Virus record (IMG/VR): IMGVR_UViG_2902076858_000006
Reading direction: 5' to 3' (one strand)
Length of the DNA: 64,000 nt
Source: an uncultured virus (IMG/VR IMGVR_UViG_2902076858_000006)
Taxonomy: Duplodnaviria > Heunggongvirae > Uroviricota > Caudoviricetes
In this document: piece after piece, positions 9,018 through 18,694 of the stretch
Layout of the letters: the number at the start of each line of letters is the position of its first letter
Position numbering within the stretch: the first letter of the stretch is position 1
Position numbers and translations under genes: made by a program
The notes under the pieces: generated by a model
The model's database searches: none
The model's input: only the letters and a program-made list of their open reading frames with translations
What the model was told of the DNA's origin: nothing

Positions 9018-9839
9018 TCAGTCATCTTTATCTGCATGGTATTTCCCTGAACAATAGTAACACCGAGCTTCGACAATGCCATCTTCTATTAGCCAATAAT
9101 CCAGCTCCCCTCGAATTGCAGTAGTACCACATATATCACAGTAACCAGGTAATTCGTCACTTTCTTCGTTATCACAAAACGTGCAACAATAACCGGTAGA
9201 TGATTCATTATTAATTACTAATGTATAATGACCGCATTCAGGGCAATCGAAACGAATGGATTCTGCATCAAATGCCATGCAATCTACAGGATTTTCACGC
9301 TCTATTTTATCTGCTTTTTTTATTGCTGTCTGAACTGAAAATGCATATTCATCTGATAATATTTCAAAAGATTTCTTCATTTGTAACGGTATATGTCTTT
9401 CTACATCTAGTTCAGTGTGTTCATTCAGGAATTCCATTACAGATCTAAATAAGCGCCCTAAAGTAAATCTAACTTCAGCTACATCCATAGTAAACTTGTG
9501 ATGTTCTATATTATTTCTAAGTTTTTTAATCCACTCTAGATCTTTTTTTAAATCAGAAGATATCGTGTTGGAGTTCTCATTGTTAATAAAATTAATACAC
9601 TCCCATAGCCCAATTGTTTTGTCTTCATTTAATTTTTGTGAAAATGGATCTTTATAAATTAATAACTTATGTTTGGATGCAACATGATATTTAAAAATAA
9701 GTTCTAAGAAATGAGCCATATGAAGTACAGCGAATTTATACGATTTTGACTCGCCACACTCACCATCTTCAAATTTCGAAAGTGCTTCAGATAAACTATC
9801 TAAAGCGTTCTCTAATAAATCTAGTTCATGAGTCGACAT
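9018..9839 (-). CDS. HEPN-domain protein with C-terminal zinc ribbons
   Basis: ELIFK and RNNIEH (RX4H) motifs; CPEC, CTFC, CDIC, CYYC. Confidence 0.75.
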   Translation of the reverse strand: MSTHELDLLENALDSLSEALSKFEDGECGESKSYKFAVLHMAHFLELIFKYHVASKHKLLIYKDPFSQKLNEDKTIGLWECINFINNENSNTISSDLKKDLEWIKKLRNNIEHHKFTMDVAEVRFTLGRLFRSVMEFLNEHTELDVERHIPLQMKKSFEILSDEYAFSVQTAIKKADKIERENPVDCMAFDAESIRFDCPECGHYTLVINNESSTGYCCTFCDNEESDELPGYCDICGTTAIRGELDYWLIEDGIVEARCYYCSGKYHADKDD

Positions 9840-9895
9840 ATATTTTCCTATAGTTATCCTAGATGATATTTTGCTTCAATAGTATTCTATGAAGT

Positions 9896-9911
9896 GTCCG
9901 ATTAAAGCACA
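9896..9911 (+). repeat. Degenerate cargo-end palindrome, GGCAC type
   Basis: GTCCGATTAAAGCACA vs GTCCGCTTCTGGCACA. Confidence 0.4.
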
Positions 9912-9972
9912 TCATGTTTCTGTTACCTAATACCGAGGAATTTAGAAAAGTATTGGTTTATGTGTAAGTGAT

Positions 9973-10617
9973 TTATTTTGCTGTTTTCATCGATTTTGAT
10001 ACTTTCGAAATAGTATGCCGTGAACAACCTAACAGGTTTTCTATCTGGCTATAGCTTTTTTTCTCTATCAGAAGACCTTCAATTTTTTGGTGTAATATCT
10101 TATTGATCGGACGGCCTTTATATTTCCCTTCTTGTTTTGCTTTTTGTACACCTTGTGCTTGACGGCGACGTCTATCTTCGTAATCCTTTCTCGCAACGGC
10201 TGCGAGCATGTCTAACATCATATTGTTAAGGGCAGCAAGCATTCGTTCTGTAAACTCATCAGTACGATTCATGAATTGATAGCTCGTTGGGAGATCTAAA
10301 GAAACAATCTTTAATCCTTTGTGTCCAATGAGATATTTTAATTTTTCCCAGTCATCTGTATTCAAGCGACTAATTCTATCCACCTGCTCAACTAAGATAA
10401 TATCACCTGGCATGGCCACATTGAGTAAGCGAAAGAGTTCAGGCCGATGAAGTTGTACTCCCGACTCGTTCTCTTCAAACCAGCAGGCAATTTGCAAGCC
10501 CATTCCTTCGACAAACTTCAACAGTTCATTTTTTGCTCTTGACGCATCCTGTTCATGAGATGATGCTCGAAGATACCCATAAATTCGCGTAGTTGTATTC
10601 ATTGATGCACTATACAT
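9973..10617 (-). CDS. Serine recombinase (resolvase family)
   Basis: YGYLRAS catalytic Ser, RPEL, DRISR, GRP and C-terminal HTH. Confidence 0.92.
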   Translation of the reverse strand: MYSASMNTTTRIYGYLRASSHEQDASRAKNELLKFVEGMGLQIACWFEENESGVQLHRPELFRLLNVAMPGDIILVEQVDRISRLNTDDWEKLKYLIGHKGLKIVSLDLPTSYQFMNRTDEFTERMLAALNNMMLDMLAAVARKDYEDRRRRQAQGVQKAKQEGKYKGRPINKILHQKIEGLLIEKKSYSQIENLLGCSRHTISKVSKSMKTAK

Positions 10618-10709
10618 TGGTGTTGTTATATCGGTGCATTATACATCTGTTTTTTATACTTACTACACTAGATTTTATTTAGTGTAGTTAAGGTATACCT
10701 AAATTGCAC
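10604..10709. promoter_or_regulatory. Putative res site upstream of resolvase
   Basis: Inverted repeat GTGTAGTTAAGGTA/TACCTAAATTGCAC centred on AT (10682-10709) plus TGCAYTATACAT repeats. Confidence 0.65.
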
Positions 10710-10764
10710 CAATGAATTATTATAGTTTGATATCTATTATGGAAGATTTATAAAATAGTTTGTA

Positions 10765-10788
10765 GTCAGGTTTGTGCCAAAAGCAGAC
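10765..10788 (-). repeat. Cargo-end palindrome, GGCAC type
   Basis: Minus strand GTCTGCTTTTGGCACAAACCTGAC. Confidence 0.7.
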
Positions 10789-10954
10789 TTTAAGTTGTCC
10801 AAGAACAGCTCTCATATCTTGGCCTATTTATGTCGACCACCACTTCAGTGCCTGCAGGATTTAAGGGGACAACGAGCCTGCATGTGGACACAGGTATATC
10901 GGTGAGTTAATATCTTTAAGAGGTATCATTTGACAGTATCTTGAGGGACTTAGA

Positions 10955-12613
10955 GTGCGGGTTAAATCGATTAAGCTTACCAATTTCAAGAAATTCAAAG
11001 ATGAACATTTTGAATTCAACGATGACGTAAATATCTTTGTAGGTGATAACAACGCCGGTAAAAGTACTATTTTGGAAGCCCTGGAAATCGTATTGAATTA
11101 CAGCTATCGGGGCCGTCCCTTCAACAGCGAGTTTACGCCAGACATTTTTAATAAGGATGCAGTGCAGCTTTTTTTGGCTTCTGATAAATCGGCCATGCAC
11201 TTGCCTGTCTTGGCAATAGAGGCATTCATTGAGGGAGTGCCTGAATACCGGGGTACAAATAATTTCCTTAAAGCCGATGCTCAAGGTATCACTGTACTGG
11301 TGCGTTTTGATGACACGCTAAAGGATGTTTACGCCGAACACTTACTGACAAACCCGCACATTACGAGTATCCCGATCGAATTCTACAAGCTGGAATGGCT
11401 GGATTTCGGGTGGAATCCTGTTAAAGCCGTAGCGAAGAAATTCAGGGCGTTATACATCGACCCAACTCGTATCCACCCCACTCTAGGTAAGAATCAGTAT
11501 ATCTCTACCATACTTAATACCGCTTTAAAGAAAGAGGAGCTGGTTAAGCTGACCCTCAATTATCGTGAGAATCAGCAGGTTTTTAACAACTCAGGTGAGG
11601 TCAGGACAGTCAACACCGGTTTGGATACGGACCACTTGATCACAGAAAAAAAGCTGTCCATTGCCGCAAGCACTTTACCAGCGGGATCTATTCAGACCAG
11701 CCTTCAACTTGAAGTAGATGATGTCCCTTTCCAGTTCATTGGCAAGGGTGAGCAGAGTAATGTGCAGATTAAGCTCGCGATTCAGAACAAATCGAAGGAT
11801 ATCGATTTGGTGATGATGGAGGAGCCCGAAAATCACCTTTCTCACACTAACCTCAATAAGCTGATTCACTACATTGAAAATCAGCGGGGTGACAAACAAC
11901 TCTTCCTTACCACTCACAGCTCGTATGTGCTCAACAAGCTGAGCATTGATAAAATCTGCCTGGTTCAGTCGGGATACAAACGTCTGCATAAGCTTGCCCC
12001 TGCAGTGGTCAAAACCTTAAAGCGCTTACCGGGCTATGACACATTGCGCGTAGCACTGTCGCACAAAGTCATCCTTGTCGAGGGACCGTCAGACGAGTTA
12101 GTACTCAAGAAGATTTACCACCGCAAGCACAACCGCCTGCCCGAGCAGGATGGTATTGATATCATCGTCGTGCGCGGAGTCGGGTTTGATACGTTCATCT
12201 CCGTAGGTATGGAAATTGGTACCCGGATAAACGTCCTCAGAGATAACGATGGCGACTATGAAGAAAACGTCGTGAAAGTGCGTACCGATTATGCAGCCTA
12301 TCCCAATATCAAACTTATCTCCTCTGCCAAAAATGAGGAGTTTTCGCTTGAACCCGCGATGATATATGCCAATGCAACCGACTTGGTTACGCTGGACGCT
12401 TTCGCCAAAGTGGTGTTATCGACACAGACGTTTAACCTCTACGATAAAGTAGTCGACTTAGATAAGCGACGCGACTTTCTGATCGACTGGTTTCGAAGCG
12501 TCCAGGGAAACGGTAAGGGCGCTCGCAAGGTCGATTCAGCTATCAAGCTGTTCGATTGCACTCTGAATTTCAGGTATCCACCTTTCCTCGATGAGGTGTT
12601 CGACTTTGCCTAA
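10955..12613 (+). CDS. gajA: OLD-family ABC ATPase/TOPRIM nuclease, Gabija GajA-like
   Basis: GDNNAGKST, MMEEPENHL, TTHS, LVEGPSDE, DND motifs; coupled to a UvrD-like gene. Confidence 0.85.
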   Translation: MRVKSIKLTNFKKFKDEHFEFNDDVNIFVGDNNAGKSTILEALEIVLNYSYRGRPFNSEFTPDIFNKDAVQLFLASDKSAMHLPVLAIEAFIEGVPEYRGTNNFLKADAQGITVLVRFDDTLKDVYAEHLLTNPHITSIPIEFYKLEWLDFGWNPVKAVAKKFRALYIDPTRIHPTLGKNQYISTILNTALKKEELVKLTLNYRENQQVFNNSGEVRTVNTGLDTDHLITEKKLSIAASTLPAGSIQTSLQLEVDDVPFQFIGKGEQSNVQIKLAIQNKSKDIDLVMMEEPENHLSHTNLNKLIHYIENQRGDKQLFLTTHSSYVLNKLSIDKICLVQSGYKRLHKLAPAVVKTLKRLPGYDTLRVALSHKVILVEGPSDELVLKKIYHRKHNRLPEQDGIDIIVVRGVGFDTFISVGMEIGTRINVLRDNDGDYEENVVKVRTDYAAYPNIKLISSAKNEEFSLEPAMIYANATDLVTLDAFAKVVLSTQTFNLYDKVVDLDKRRDFLIDWFRSVQGNGKGARKVDSAIKLFDCTLNFRYPPFLDEVFDFA

Positions 12614-13760
12614 TGAATTCTGGATTGCCGGTGCAGGATCAGGAAAAACCCAAAAAGTCATTGAGGATGCCATTGAAGTCATAAAGGCGGGCGGACGCGT
12701 ATTGGTCGTCACCTACACCATGAACAACCAGGCAGAGCTCCGTTCTCGCTTTGTGGAATTGTACGGCAAACACAGCGATGATTTTGTTGTGAAAGGCCTG
12801 TTTTCATTTTACCTAGAAGACTTAGTGAGACCTTATCAAACGGCCATGTTTCCAGATCGAATCACTTCTACAATGTTCACCGAGCATAACCCTCACCTGA
12901 TACCTGGTACGAGGAAATGGCATCCCAAAAGAGGGGAAAAAATTAATGGGGTGCTGAATCCTCTTCATTATCTGACGCCGTGCAAAACCAAAGCTTACAC
13001 AGGACTGCTGGCGAAGCTGGCAACAAGAATCTCCGCTTCAACAAAGAATGCCCCCGCTAGCAGATTGAAAGAGATTTATCAGAGGATCTTTTTTGATGAG
13101 GTTCAGGATTTGGTTGGATGGGATTTTGACGTTATCAAAGCACTCAGTAAGGCAATGCATAACTCTATTTGCTGTGTAGGCGATTTTCGTCAAACTATTT
13201 ACACGACCACGTTCGGCCACAAGGCACCGGAAACACCTGAGCAAAAGATTCAATACTTCAAAGACCTCAATTTTAGTCTGTTCTCGCTGGCGAAGAATCG
13301 CAGATGTATTCAGGAAATCTGCGATCTCGCGGATACCATTCATCCCGGTATTTATGAACAAACGCAATCAGAGGTGGGAGAAGTTCCTGCAGAAATGGCC
13401 CATCACTACGGCTGTTTTCTCATAAAACCATCTCAGGTGAACGATTATCTCGATATATTCAAACCTCAAGTTTTGCGATGGTCATCGCTCATGGGAAAAG
13501 GCTATTTGCCACCAAGTCTCACCTGTCACACCTTCGGCTCCTGTAAAGGTCTCGGTTTTGACCGCATACTAATTATTTCACCGGAGAAACATCTCAAGTA
13601 TCTGGGGGGCGACCTTGGCGTGTTCGATAGAGATAAAACGGAGGAATCTAGAAACAAGCTGTACGTGGCCATTACCCGAGCTCGTTACAGCCTGGCGTTT
13701 GTCGTTGAGGAAGAGCATCTTACAAATATAAAGCTGCCGCATTGGGTTAGACCTCTGTAA
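12606..13760 (+). CDS. gajB: UvrD-like helicase, Gabija GajB-like
   Basis: AGAGSGKT, DEVQD, VGDFRQTIY, LYVAITRAR; TTG start after GAGGTG overlaps gajA stop. Confidence 0.85.
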   Translation: MPNEFWIAGAGSGKTQKVIEDAIEVIKAGGRVLVVTYTMNNQAELRSRFVELYGKHSDDFVVKGLFSFYLEDLVRPYQTAMFPDRITSTMFTEHNPHLIPGTRKWHPKRGEKINGVLNPLHYLTPCKTKAYTGLLAKLATRISASTKNAPASRLKEIYQRIFFDEVQDLVGWDFDVIKALSKAMHNSICCVGDFRQTIYTTTFGHKAPETPEQKIQYFKDLNFSLFSLAKNRRCIQEICDLADTIHPGIYEQTQSEVGEVPAEMAHHYGCFLIKPSQVNDYLDIFKPQVLRWSSLMGKGYLPPSLTCHTFGSCKGLGFDRILIISPEKHLKYLGGDLGVFDRDKTEESRNKLYVAITRARYSLAFVVEEEHLTNIKLPHWVRPL

Positions 13761-13786
13761 GTCGATGCTAACGTCTAACCATTTAA

Positions 13787-13811
13787 CTTCCGCTTTTCGC
13801 TCAAAACAGCC
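13787..13811 (+). repeat. Cargo-end palindrome, CGCTC type
   Basis: CTTCCGCTTTTCGCTCAAAACAGCC. Confidence 0.78.
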
Positions 13812-13829
13812 CTTCGAATTCTGTATACG

Positions 13830-13854
13830 GACTGTTTAGTACCAGAAGCGATCG
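13830..13854 (-). repeat. Cargo-end palindrome, GGCAC-type variant
   Basis: Minus strand CGATCGCTTCTGGTACTAAACAGTC. Confidence 0.6.
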
Positions 13855-13905
13855 TTGTTGGAACGAAAAACTATAAGTATCATCAATTAATTCTCCAATA
13901 TTTCA

Positions 13906-14820
13906 CTAGTGTTTTTCAAGTATTTCATAAGAGAACTCCACATGAGGATGAACATACTCTGCTGAATTAATTTCACACTGCACATTATCAATTGTTATAA
14001 CGCAGAGAACCCCATTGGTGTTTAGTAGAACAGTCTTTTGCCCTACACTCGGCGTAACAGCCCTACCAGGAGTTAAAAAAGAATCGACAGTCAGAGGATC
14101 AAAATTTGGAACTGTAATCAGTCCAACAGCTTTGAGTCCTTCATCTGTATAGAGGTAAACACTACTATATGAACATCCACTAAATGCTATTTTAAACTGG
14201 TACTCACCGTAACCAACTGTATAACATGCATGATCTCTGAATCGAAAAATCACGCTTCCCTTAAGCGCTGGATTGGCATAATGGGCAGGATCACGAAGAA
14301 TATCAATATTTTCAAGCCTTATGGCACGTTGGCGAACAACTGATAGTGGAATTGCATGCTTTTTATTTGCTGGCAGTCCTTCAATCCAACGCCAAATAGC
14401 ATCTATCTGTATAGAACCAGGAAACTCATTTCTATCGGGACTTGAGTTAAAATCAAAGCCCTTTGGATTATACTCCTCAAGCCAATTAGGTAATTTTCGC
14501 TCAGGATTTCGAACAAAGATAACAGACAACCATGTGGCTGGCTTGGTTGTAAAAGCGTCTTTTATCCATTTATTCTCGATACCAACACCTGAGTTCGGTT
14601 TATTATTAGCTCGTTCGACATAGTTTTCGTCAACAATCAACAGTACATGATTCGTTGCCACAACCTCTTGCATGAAACCATTTAAACTTGAACCATAATT
14701 AACAGATTCATCGATTTTAACCGTATAACCAATAAGGTCGAGATGACTTGCGATTGTTCTAACCCATTCCCTATGGATATCAGAAGTCCAAGCATACGAA
14801 ATAAACAGATCGGTTTTCAT
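13906..14820 (-). CDS. TIR/SEFIR-domain protein with beta-rich C-terminal domain
   Basis: LFISYAW..H.EWV..L....G..V..D; GVGIE candidate catalytic Glu. Confidence 0.8.
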   Translation of the reverse strand: MKTDLFISYAWTSDIHREWVRTIASHLDLIGYTVKIDESVNYGSSLNGFMQEVVATNHVLLIVDENYVERANNKPNSGVGIENKWIKDAFTTKPATWLSVIFVRNPERKLPNWLEEYNPKGFDFNSSPDRNEFPGSIQIDAIWRWIEGLPANKKHAIPLSVVRQRAIRLENIDILRDPAHYANPALKGSVIFRFRDHACYTVGYGEYQFKIAFSGCSYSSVYLYTDEGLKAVGLITVPNFDPLTVDSFLTPGRAVTPSVGQKTVLLNTNGVLCVITIDNVQCEINSAEYVHPHVEFSYEILEKH

Positions 14821-14972
14821 TTATTAAGTCCCAGCTTATACAAGGCGATAAAAAAGATTTTCTATTCTTAATTGTTGATTAATAAATTCTATTATATAAA
14901 TCCAATTATGAGATAGATACTACCCTTACCTGTGTTACGGTATAAAAATAGGGCAGGCGTTCCCAATTTATT

Positions 14973-14996
14973 ATTTGCTCCTCGTTCAAAACCATC
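14973..14996 (+). repeat. Degenerate cargo-end palindrome, CGCTC type
   Basis: ATTTGCTCCTCGTTCAAAACCATC. Confidence 0.5.
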
Positions 14997-15076
14997 TATA
15001 GCTAGTATTAACGATGACTATTGTAAATAACACTCACTCTAAAAGTTAGAGCAATAGCAGCACAATTTAGAATCAT

Positions 15077-16441
15077 TTAATAACTAATTTTGATTCCATG
15101 ACGCTTAAATAAAGCATTGAAGAAAACCTTTACTTTAGAGGAAACATCATCCCTCTGAAGTTCAATGCCTGCAAAACGATAAACTTCATAACCTGCTAAT
15201 TTTAAGCTACGATCACCAGCAACCAAATCGGCATATTTGCTTCTACTTGCTCTATGCATATCATCTGCATAATGCTGAATTCCATCGATTTCTATCACAA
15301 CCCTGCCACCAGCGGGGAATAACATAAGAAAATCCATACGATGATTGAGCAATGCTTGAGCTCCTCGCTCAGAAATAGTTTTTGGATCCCAGTGCAACCA
15401 AACCTCAGGTAGTAATGCAGGTAGGTCATAAACTAATTGACCAAATTGACAGAAAAATTCTCTAAAAAATATTTGTTGTGGTGGTGATGTGTGAGGCAAA
15501 CTTTGTGACAAACGACGGTAAAGCGTTTTTTTTGCCTGTTCGCTATCCTTTTCATCAGTTAAATCAGCCCACCATATTTGTAGGTCTCGCCAACTTAATC
15601 CTTCAGGGCCTAATGGCCTATCATAGATTAGTACCTCATTTAGATCTGAAAGAATTTCAATTTCATTATCAAGAGAGTTACTCAAACGAATATCAGGTTT
15701 AGCAAGGGAGGCGAAAATAATATTCTTGGGACGTGTACGTAATCCCCGCAAGGAGATCAAGTTAAAAACTGGATAGCCGTCGACATCTGATACATGACTT
15801 AGCTCAGCTCCACATGTTCTCAAAACAGTGTTAATAGCTGTGACAATAGCCAATTGTGTTTCAATATCAATTTGCACGTCTGCAGATACTAAGCCTTCTA
15901 ACCATCGGCGAAAACGTGAATGGGATAATTCAACCACACCCAATTCATCAAATAGCCATTCTACATCAGCATGTTCAGGGCATTTAACAAAACGTCGTTC
16001 AATTTCTGCCAAAATACCTGTTTCAGGCATTAAGAACATTGAACTTAAATCAACAGGAATAATAAAGATATCGTTAATTAGCTGCTTAAAATTTTCCCAG
16101 TGATGAAAAAGTTTTAGTGGTTGTAAAACTACCGCCAATTCTCGACGATGTCTTTTCGAGATCTCGATGCTTAACTCATCCTCCCACAACAAATCTTGGA
16201 TTTGGTTACGAACTCTTTCATTTAGAATTTGTTGTGCTAACAGTTTTTCTGCAAATCTCGGTAATTCTACGTCATCAAGTAAGTCAAAAGCTGAATATAA
16301 TCGTTCACGCTTACTTCCACTATCCTCTGGTATCGGCAATCCCAATTGACGGCAAAATTCAGGAAGCTCCTGGTGAGTGCAATAACCATTTAAACTTCCA
16401 ACTTCTGAACGAAGCAATTCTTTCAAAGCCAAAATATCCAT
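15077..16441 (-). CDS. AbiJ-related protein with C-terminal Vsr/DUF559-like PD-(D/E)XK nuclease
   Basis: RMDFL..VVIEIDGIQHY..DRSLKLAGYEVYRF; N-terminal region resembling AbiJ NTD3. Confidence 0.75.
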   Translation of the reverse strand: MDILALKELLRSEVGSLNGYCTHQELPEFCRQLGLPIPEDSGSKRERLYSAFDLLDDVELPRFAEKLLAQQILNERVRNQIQDLLWEDELSIEISKRHRRELAVVLQPLKLFHHWENFKQLINDIFIIPVDLSSMFLMPETGILAEIERRFVKCPEHADVEWLFDELGVVELSHSRFRRWLEGLVSADVQIDIETQLAIVTAINTVLRTCGAELSHVSDVDGYPVFNLISLRGLRTRPKNIIFASLAKPDIRLSNSLDNEIEILSDLNEVLIYDRPLGPEGLSWRDLQIWWADLTDEKDSEQAKKTLYRRLSQSLPHTSPPQQIFFREFFCQFGQLVYDLPALLPEVWLHWDPKTISERGAQALLNHRMDFLMLFPAGGRVVIEIDGIQHYADDMHRASRSKYADLVAGDRSLKLAGYEVYRFAGIELQRDDVSSKVKVFFNALFKRHGIKISY

Positions 16442-16859
16442 TAGTTCATATGTCCTTATTTCTGACCTAGCTTCCTATTATTAATACACATTTTAGCTAA
16501 AAATATCATAATAATAGTTATGTTCGATTATGAGGTCAGTTTTTTTACCTTTTCTTCAACTTGCTTATAGATTATTTGATGTAAAAAATAGACATAAATT
16601 GTAAGTATTGCAATGCATTAAGCGAATAGCCACCAATCCGTAGACACTAACTAACCTTTTTTATTCTGGTTTTCATATTATCCACTCACTTAAAATTATA
16701 ATATTTATATGACACTGAAAAAATCAGAATAAATGCTTGTACAATTACTAAAGCATGTATAATGCAAAATATACTAATACTTTAGATTGACAATTTGAAC
16801 GAGAACAAACCGATAGCTAGATTAACCTCTAACCAAATAAAACATAGAATATTAGATCA

Positions 16860-17207
16860 ATGAAGAAAATCATCTTTTTAATTTTATTAACCCTATCTCC
16901 ATCCGCATTCTCCTCAGCATATACAGCAGGAGAAATAAAAAGATTCGCAATTGCTTCAAATAAGGCTTATACAAAAGGAGAGTTATCCAACAAAGAGCTT
17001 ATGGAAGCATCTATCTTCCAAGGATATGTTGCTGGTATATATGATTCTGGTGAAGGGATTTATTACTGTCCTCCTATTGATGCTACCCTAGTAACTCTAA
17101 ATAAAGGAGTTATTAAATACATATTAAATAACAGAGTACCTGACTCTTCTTCAGGTATGTCCTTAGTTGTTAAATCATTAATGTCTGCATTTCCTTGTGG
17201 AAGATAA
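16860..17207 (+). CDS. Secreted Rap1a/Tai-like T6SS immunity protein
   Basis: Signal peptide; GYVAGIYD..YCPP..L...FPC pattern. Confidence 0.65.
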   Translation: MKKIIFLILLTLSPSAFSSAYTAGEIKRFAIASNKAYTKGELSNKELMEASIFQGYVAGIYDSGEGIYYCPPIDATLVTLNKGVIKYILNNRVPDSSSGMSLVVKSLMSAFPCGR

Positions 17208-17235
17208 ATAACAAGGATACTAGTCCAAGGATGGG

Positions 17236-17592
17236 TTAGATGATTAATAAACCTTCTCTAAATAACGAATATACAACAGAAGCTCGTGATTGCGCGCCAC
17301 TCTTTTGTTTTCTTAATTCTGATAAAGATACTGTTGGATTAGTTTTCATCAAATAAATTAGGTTATTAGCATGCTTTTTTGATTCATTCACATTTCTCTT
17401 TGAATATTTATTCTTGGGAATATGTTTTATATACCCTAATTCGCATAATGCTATAAAAACACTTAGAGGGCAGCTTTTAATCTTTTTATCACTTTGTTTA
17501 CCATGCTCTTTCTCCCATATAGCATAAATATCATCACCTTTGCTATACAATTTAATTACTTGTATTGATATTTTTCCATAATCAATCGCCAT
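17236..17592 (-). CDS. DUF6979-like protein
   Basis: YG..., KSCPLSVFIALCELGYIKHIP; paralogue of 38681-39082. Confidence 0.6.
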   Translation of the reverse strand: MAIDYGKISIQVIKLYSKGDDIYAIWEKEHGKQSDKKIKSCPLSVFIALCELGYIKHIPKNKYSKRNVNESKKHANNLIYLMKTNPTVSLSELRKQKSGAQSRASVVYSLFREGLLII

Positions 17593-17672
17593 ACTTAATC
17601 TCCTCTAAAAACCTAATTTTCATTAAGGTATTATGATGTTAGACCAGATAAAAATAAACAATTTAAAGCAAA

Positions 17673-18362
17673 CTACAAAACCCTATTTATATTCCCCACA
17701 TCGATCACCAAACATGTTGCAGGAAATCTCGATATCTCTTCTCTTGCAACGTTTGTTGCCCATTTAATAATTTCTTTATATCGAATTTGAAGTACATTTC
17801 CTTCTCTTCGAATAAAAGTTCCCATCAAAGCACCTTCAAAACCATCTTCGCAAATTCCAGCCATACCGCCACCAAGAACAAAGGCTAAATCCTTTATGTT
17901 CGGTAGCGGATAATTCATATTTTCTTTTTGTGGAACAATAAAATAATCAACTATTTTTAGTATTCCCCAGTTTGAATTATAAACCGTCTTTTTTGTTTTG
18001 CTGTTTTTTACAACTAATCCATATTTTTCATTAAAAATATTATTTGGCTGATCACCAAACTCATAAATATCAACAATACCCTCTGAATCATAGCAAGGTT
18101 GTGATATATAAACTGCTTTCATCTCGTTATTTACAATTCTTGAAGTGATCTTAATAAATGCATATTTAGGTGATATTGCCAATAACTTTGTGTTGGGATG
18201 CGGTGGAATTTTAAATTCTTGGCTATAACCTTCATTATTTGATGTTATTCCACCAGTCATTCTTATGACTCTTTTGCCAAGACAGCACATCACTTGATTA
18301 TGGCTATCGATCTGAACTTGCCTATTTTCACCGCGGATGACTATTCCATATTTATTTTTCAT
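17673..18362 (-). CDS. Tail-tip accessory / receptor-binding protein
   Basis: Coupled downstream of J; repeated YGI/YGL motif. Confidence 0.6.
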   Translation of the reverse strand: MKNKYGIVIRGENRQVQIDSHNQVMCCLGKRVIRMTGGITSNNEGYSQEFKIPPHPNTKLLAISPKYAFIKITSRIVNNEMKAVYISQPCYDSEGIVDIYEFGDQPNNIFNEKYGLVVKNSKTKKTVYNSNWGILKIVDYFIVPQKENMNYPLPNIKDLAFVLGGGMAGICEDGFEGALMGTFIRREGNVLQIRYKEIIKWATNVAREEISRFPATCLVIDVGNINRVL

Positions 18363-18694
18363 TAATAAACACCATAGTAGAGTTTTATAATATCTTCATA
18401 TTCACCATCAAATCCATTGGTATACATATTTTTTAATTCAAGTTTTATGATCCCATTATTTATCTCTAATTTAATATCACCTGCCAATCCCATCAAAAAT
18501 GCCGAGCCAAACCAAGCGAAAACCTTGCCATACTTATTTAAATCTTGATGATCAAAAATATATTCTTTTTGAATATGTCGTGGGATGGGTGTTATATCAT
18601 GATAACCGACTATTCTTCCTACTCTGTCGATAGTATTTAATAAATCCATATCATAGATTGCTGATCTAACCAATATACCGTATTTATTCTTCAT
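18362..18694 (-). CDS. Small tail-tip accessory protein
   Basis: Starts MKNKYGI overlapping J end. Confidence 0.6.
   Translation of the reverse strand: MKNKYGILVRSAIYDMDLLNTIDRVGRIVGYHDITPIPRHIQKEYIFDHQDLNKYGKVFAWFGSAFLMGLAGDIKLEINNGIIKLELKNMYTNGFDGEYEDIIKLYYGVY

Noticed and set aside
13906..14820. Thoeris or CBASS system
   Set aside because: No SIR2/Macro effector or nucleotidyltransferase adjacent
4799..14996. Interpreting the cargo-end palindromes as integron attC sites or a CRISPR array
   Set aside because: No GTTRRRY/RYYYAAC boxes, no IntI or cas genes, kilobase irregular spacing and inverted pairing
15040..16650. Possible degenerate end motifs around the AbiJ-like gene (~15045 GAGCAATAGCAG, ~16635 TCCGTAGACAC)
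   Set aside because: Too divergent and gapped to distinguish from chance
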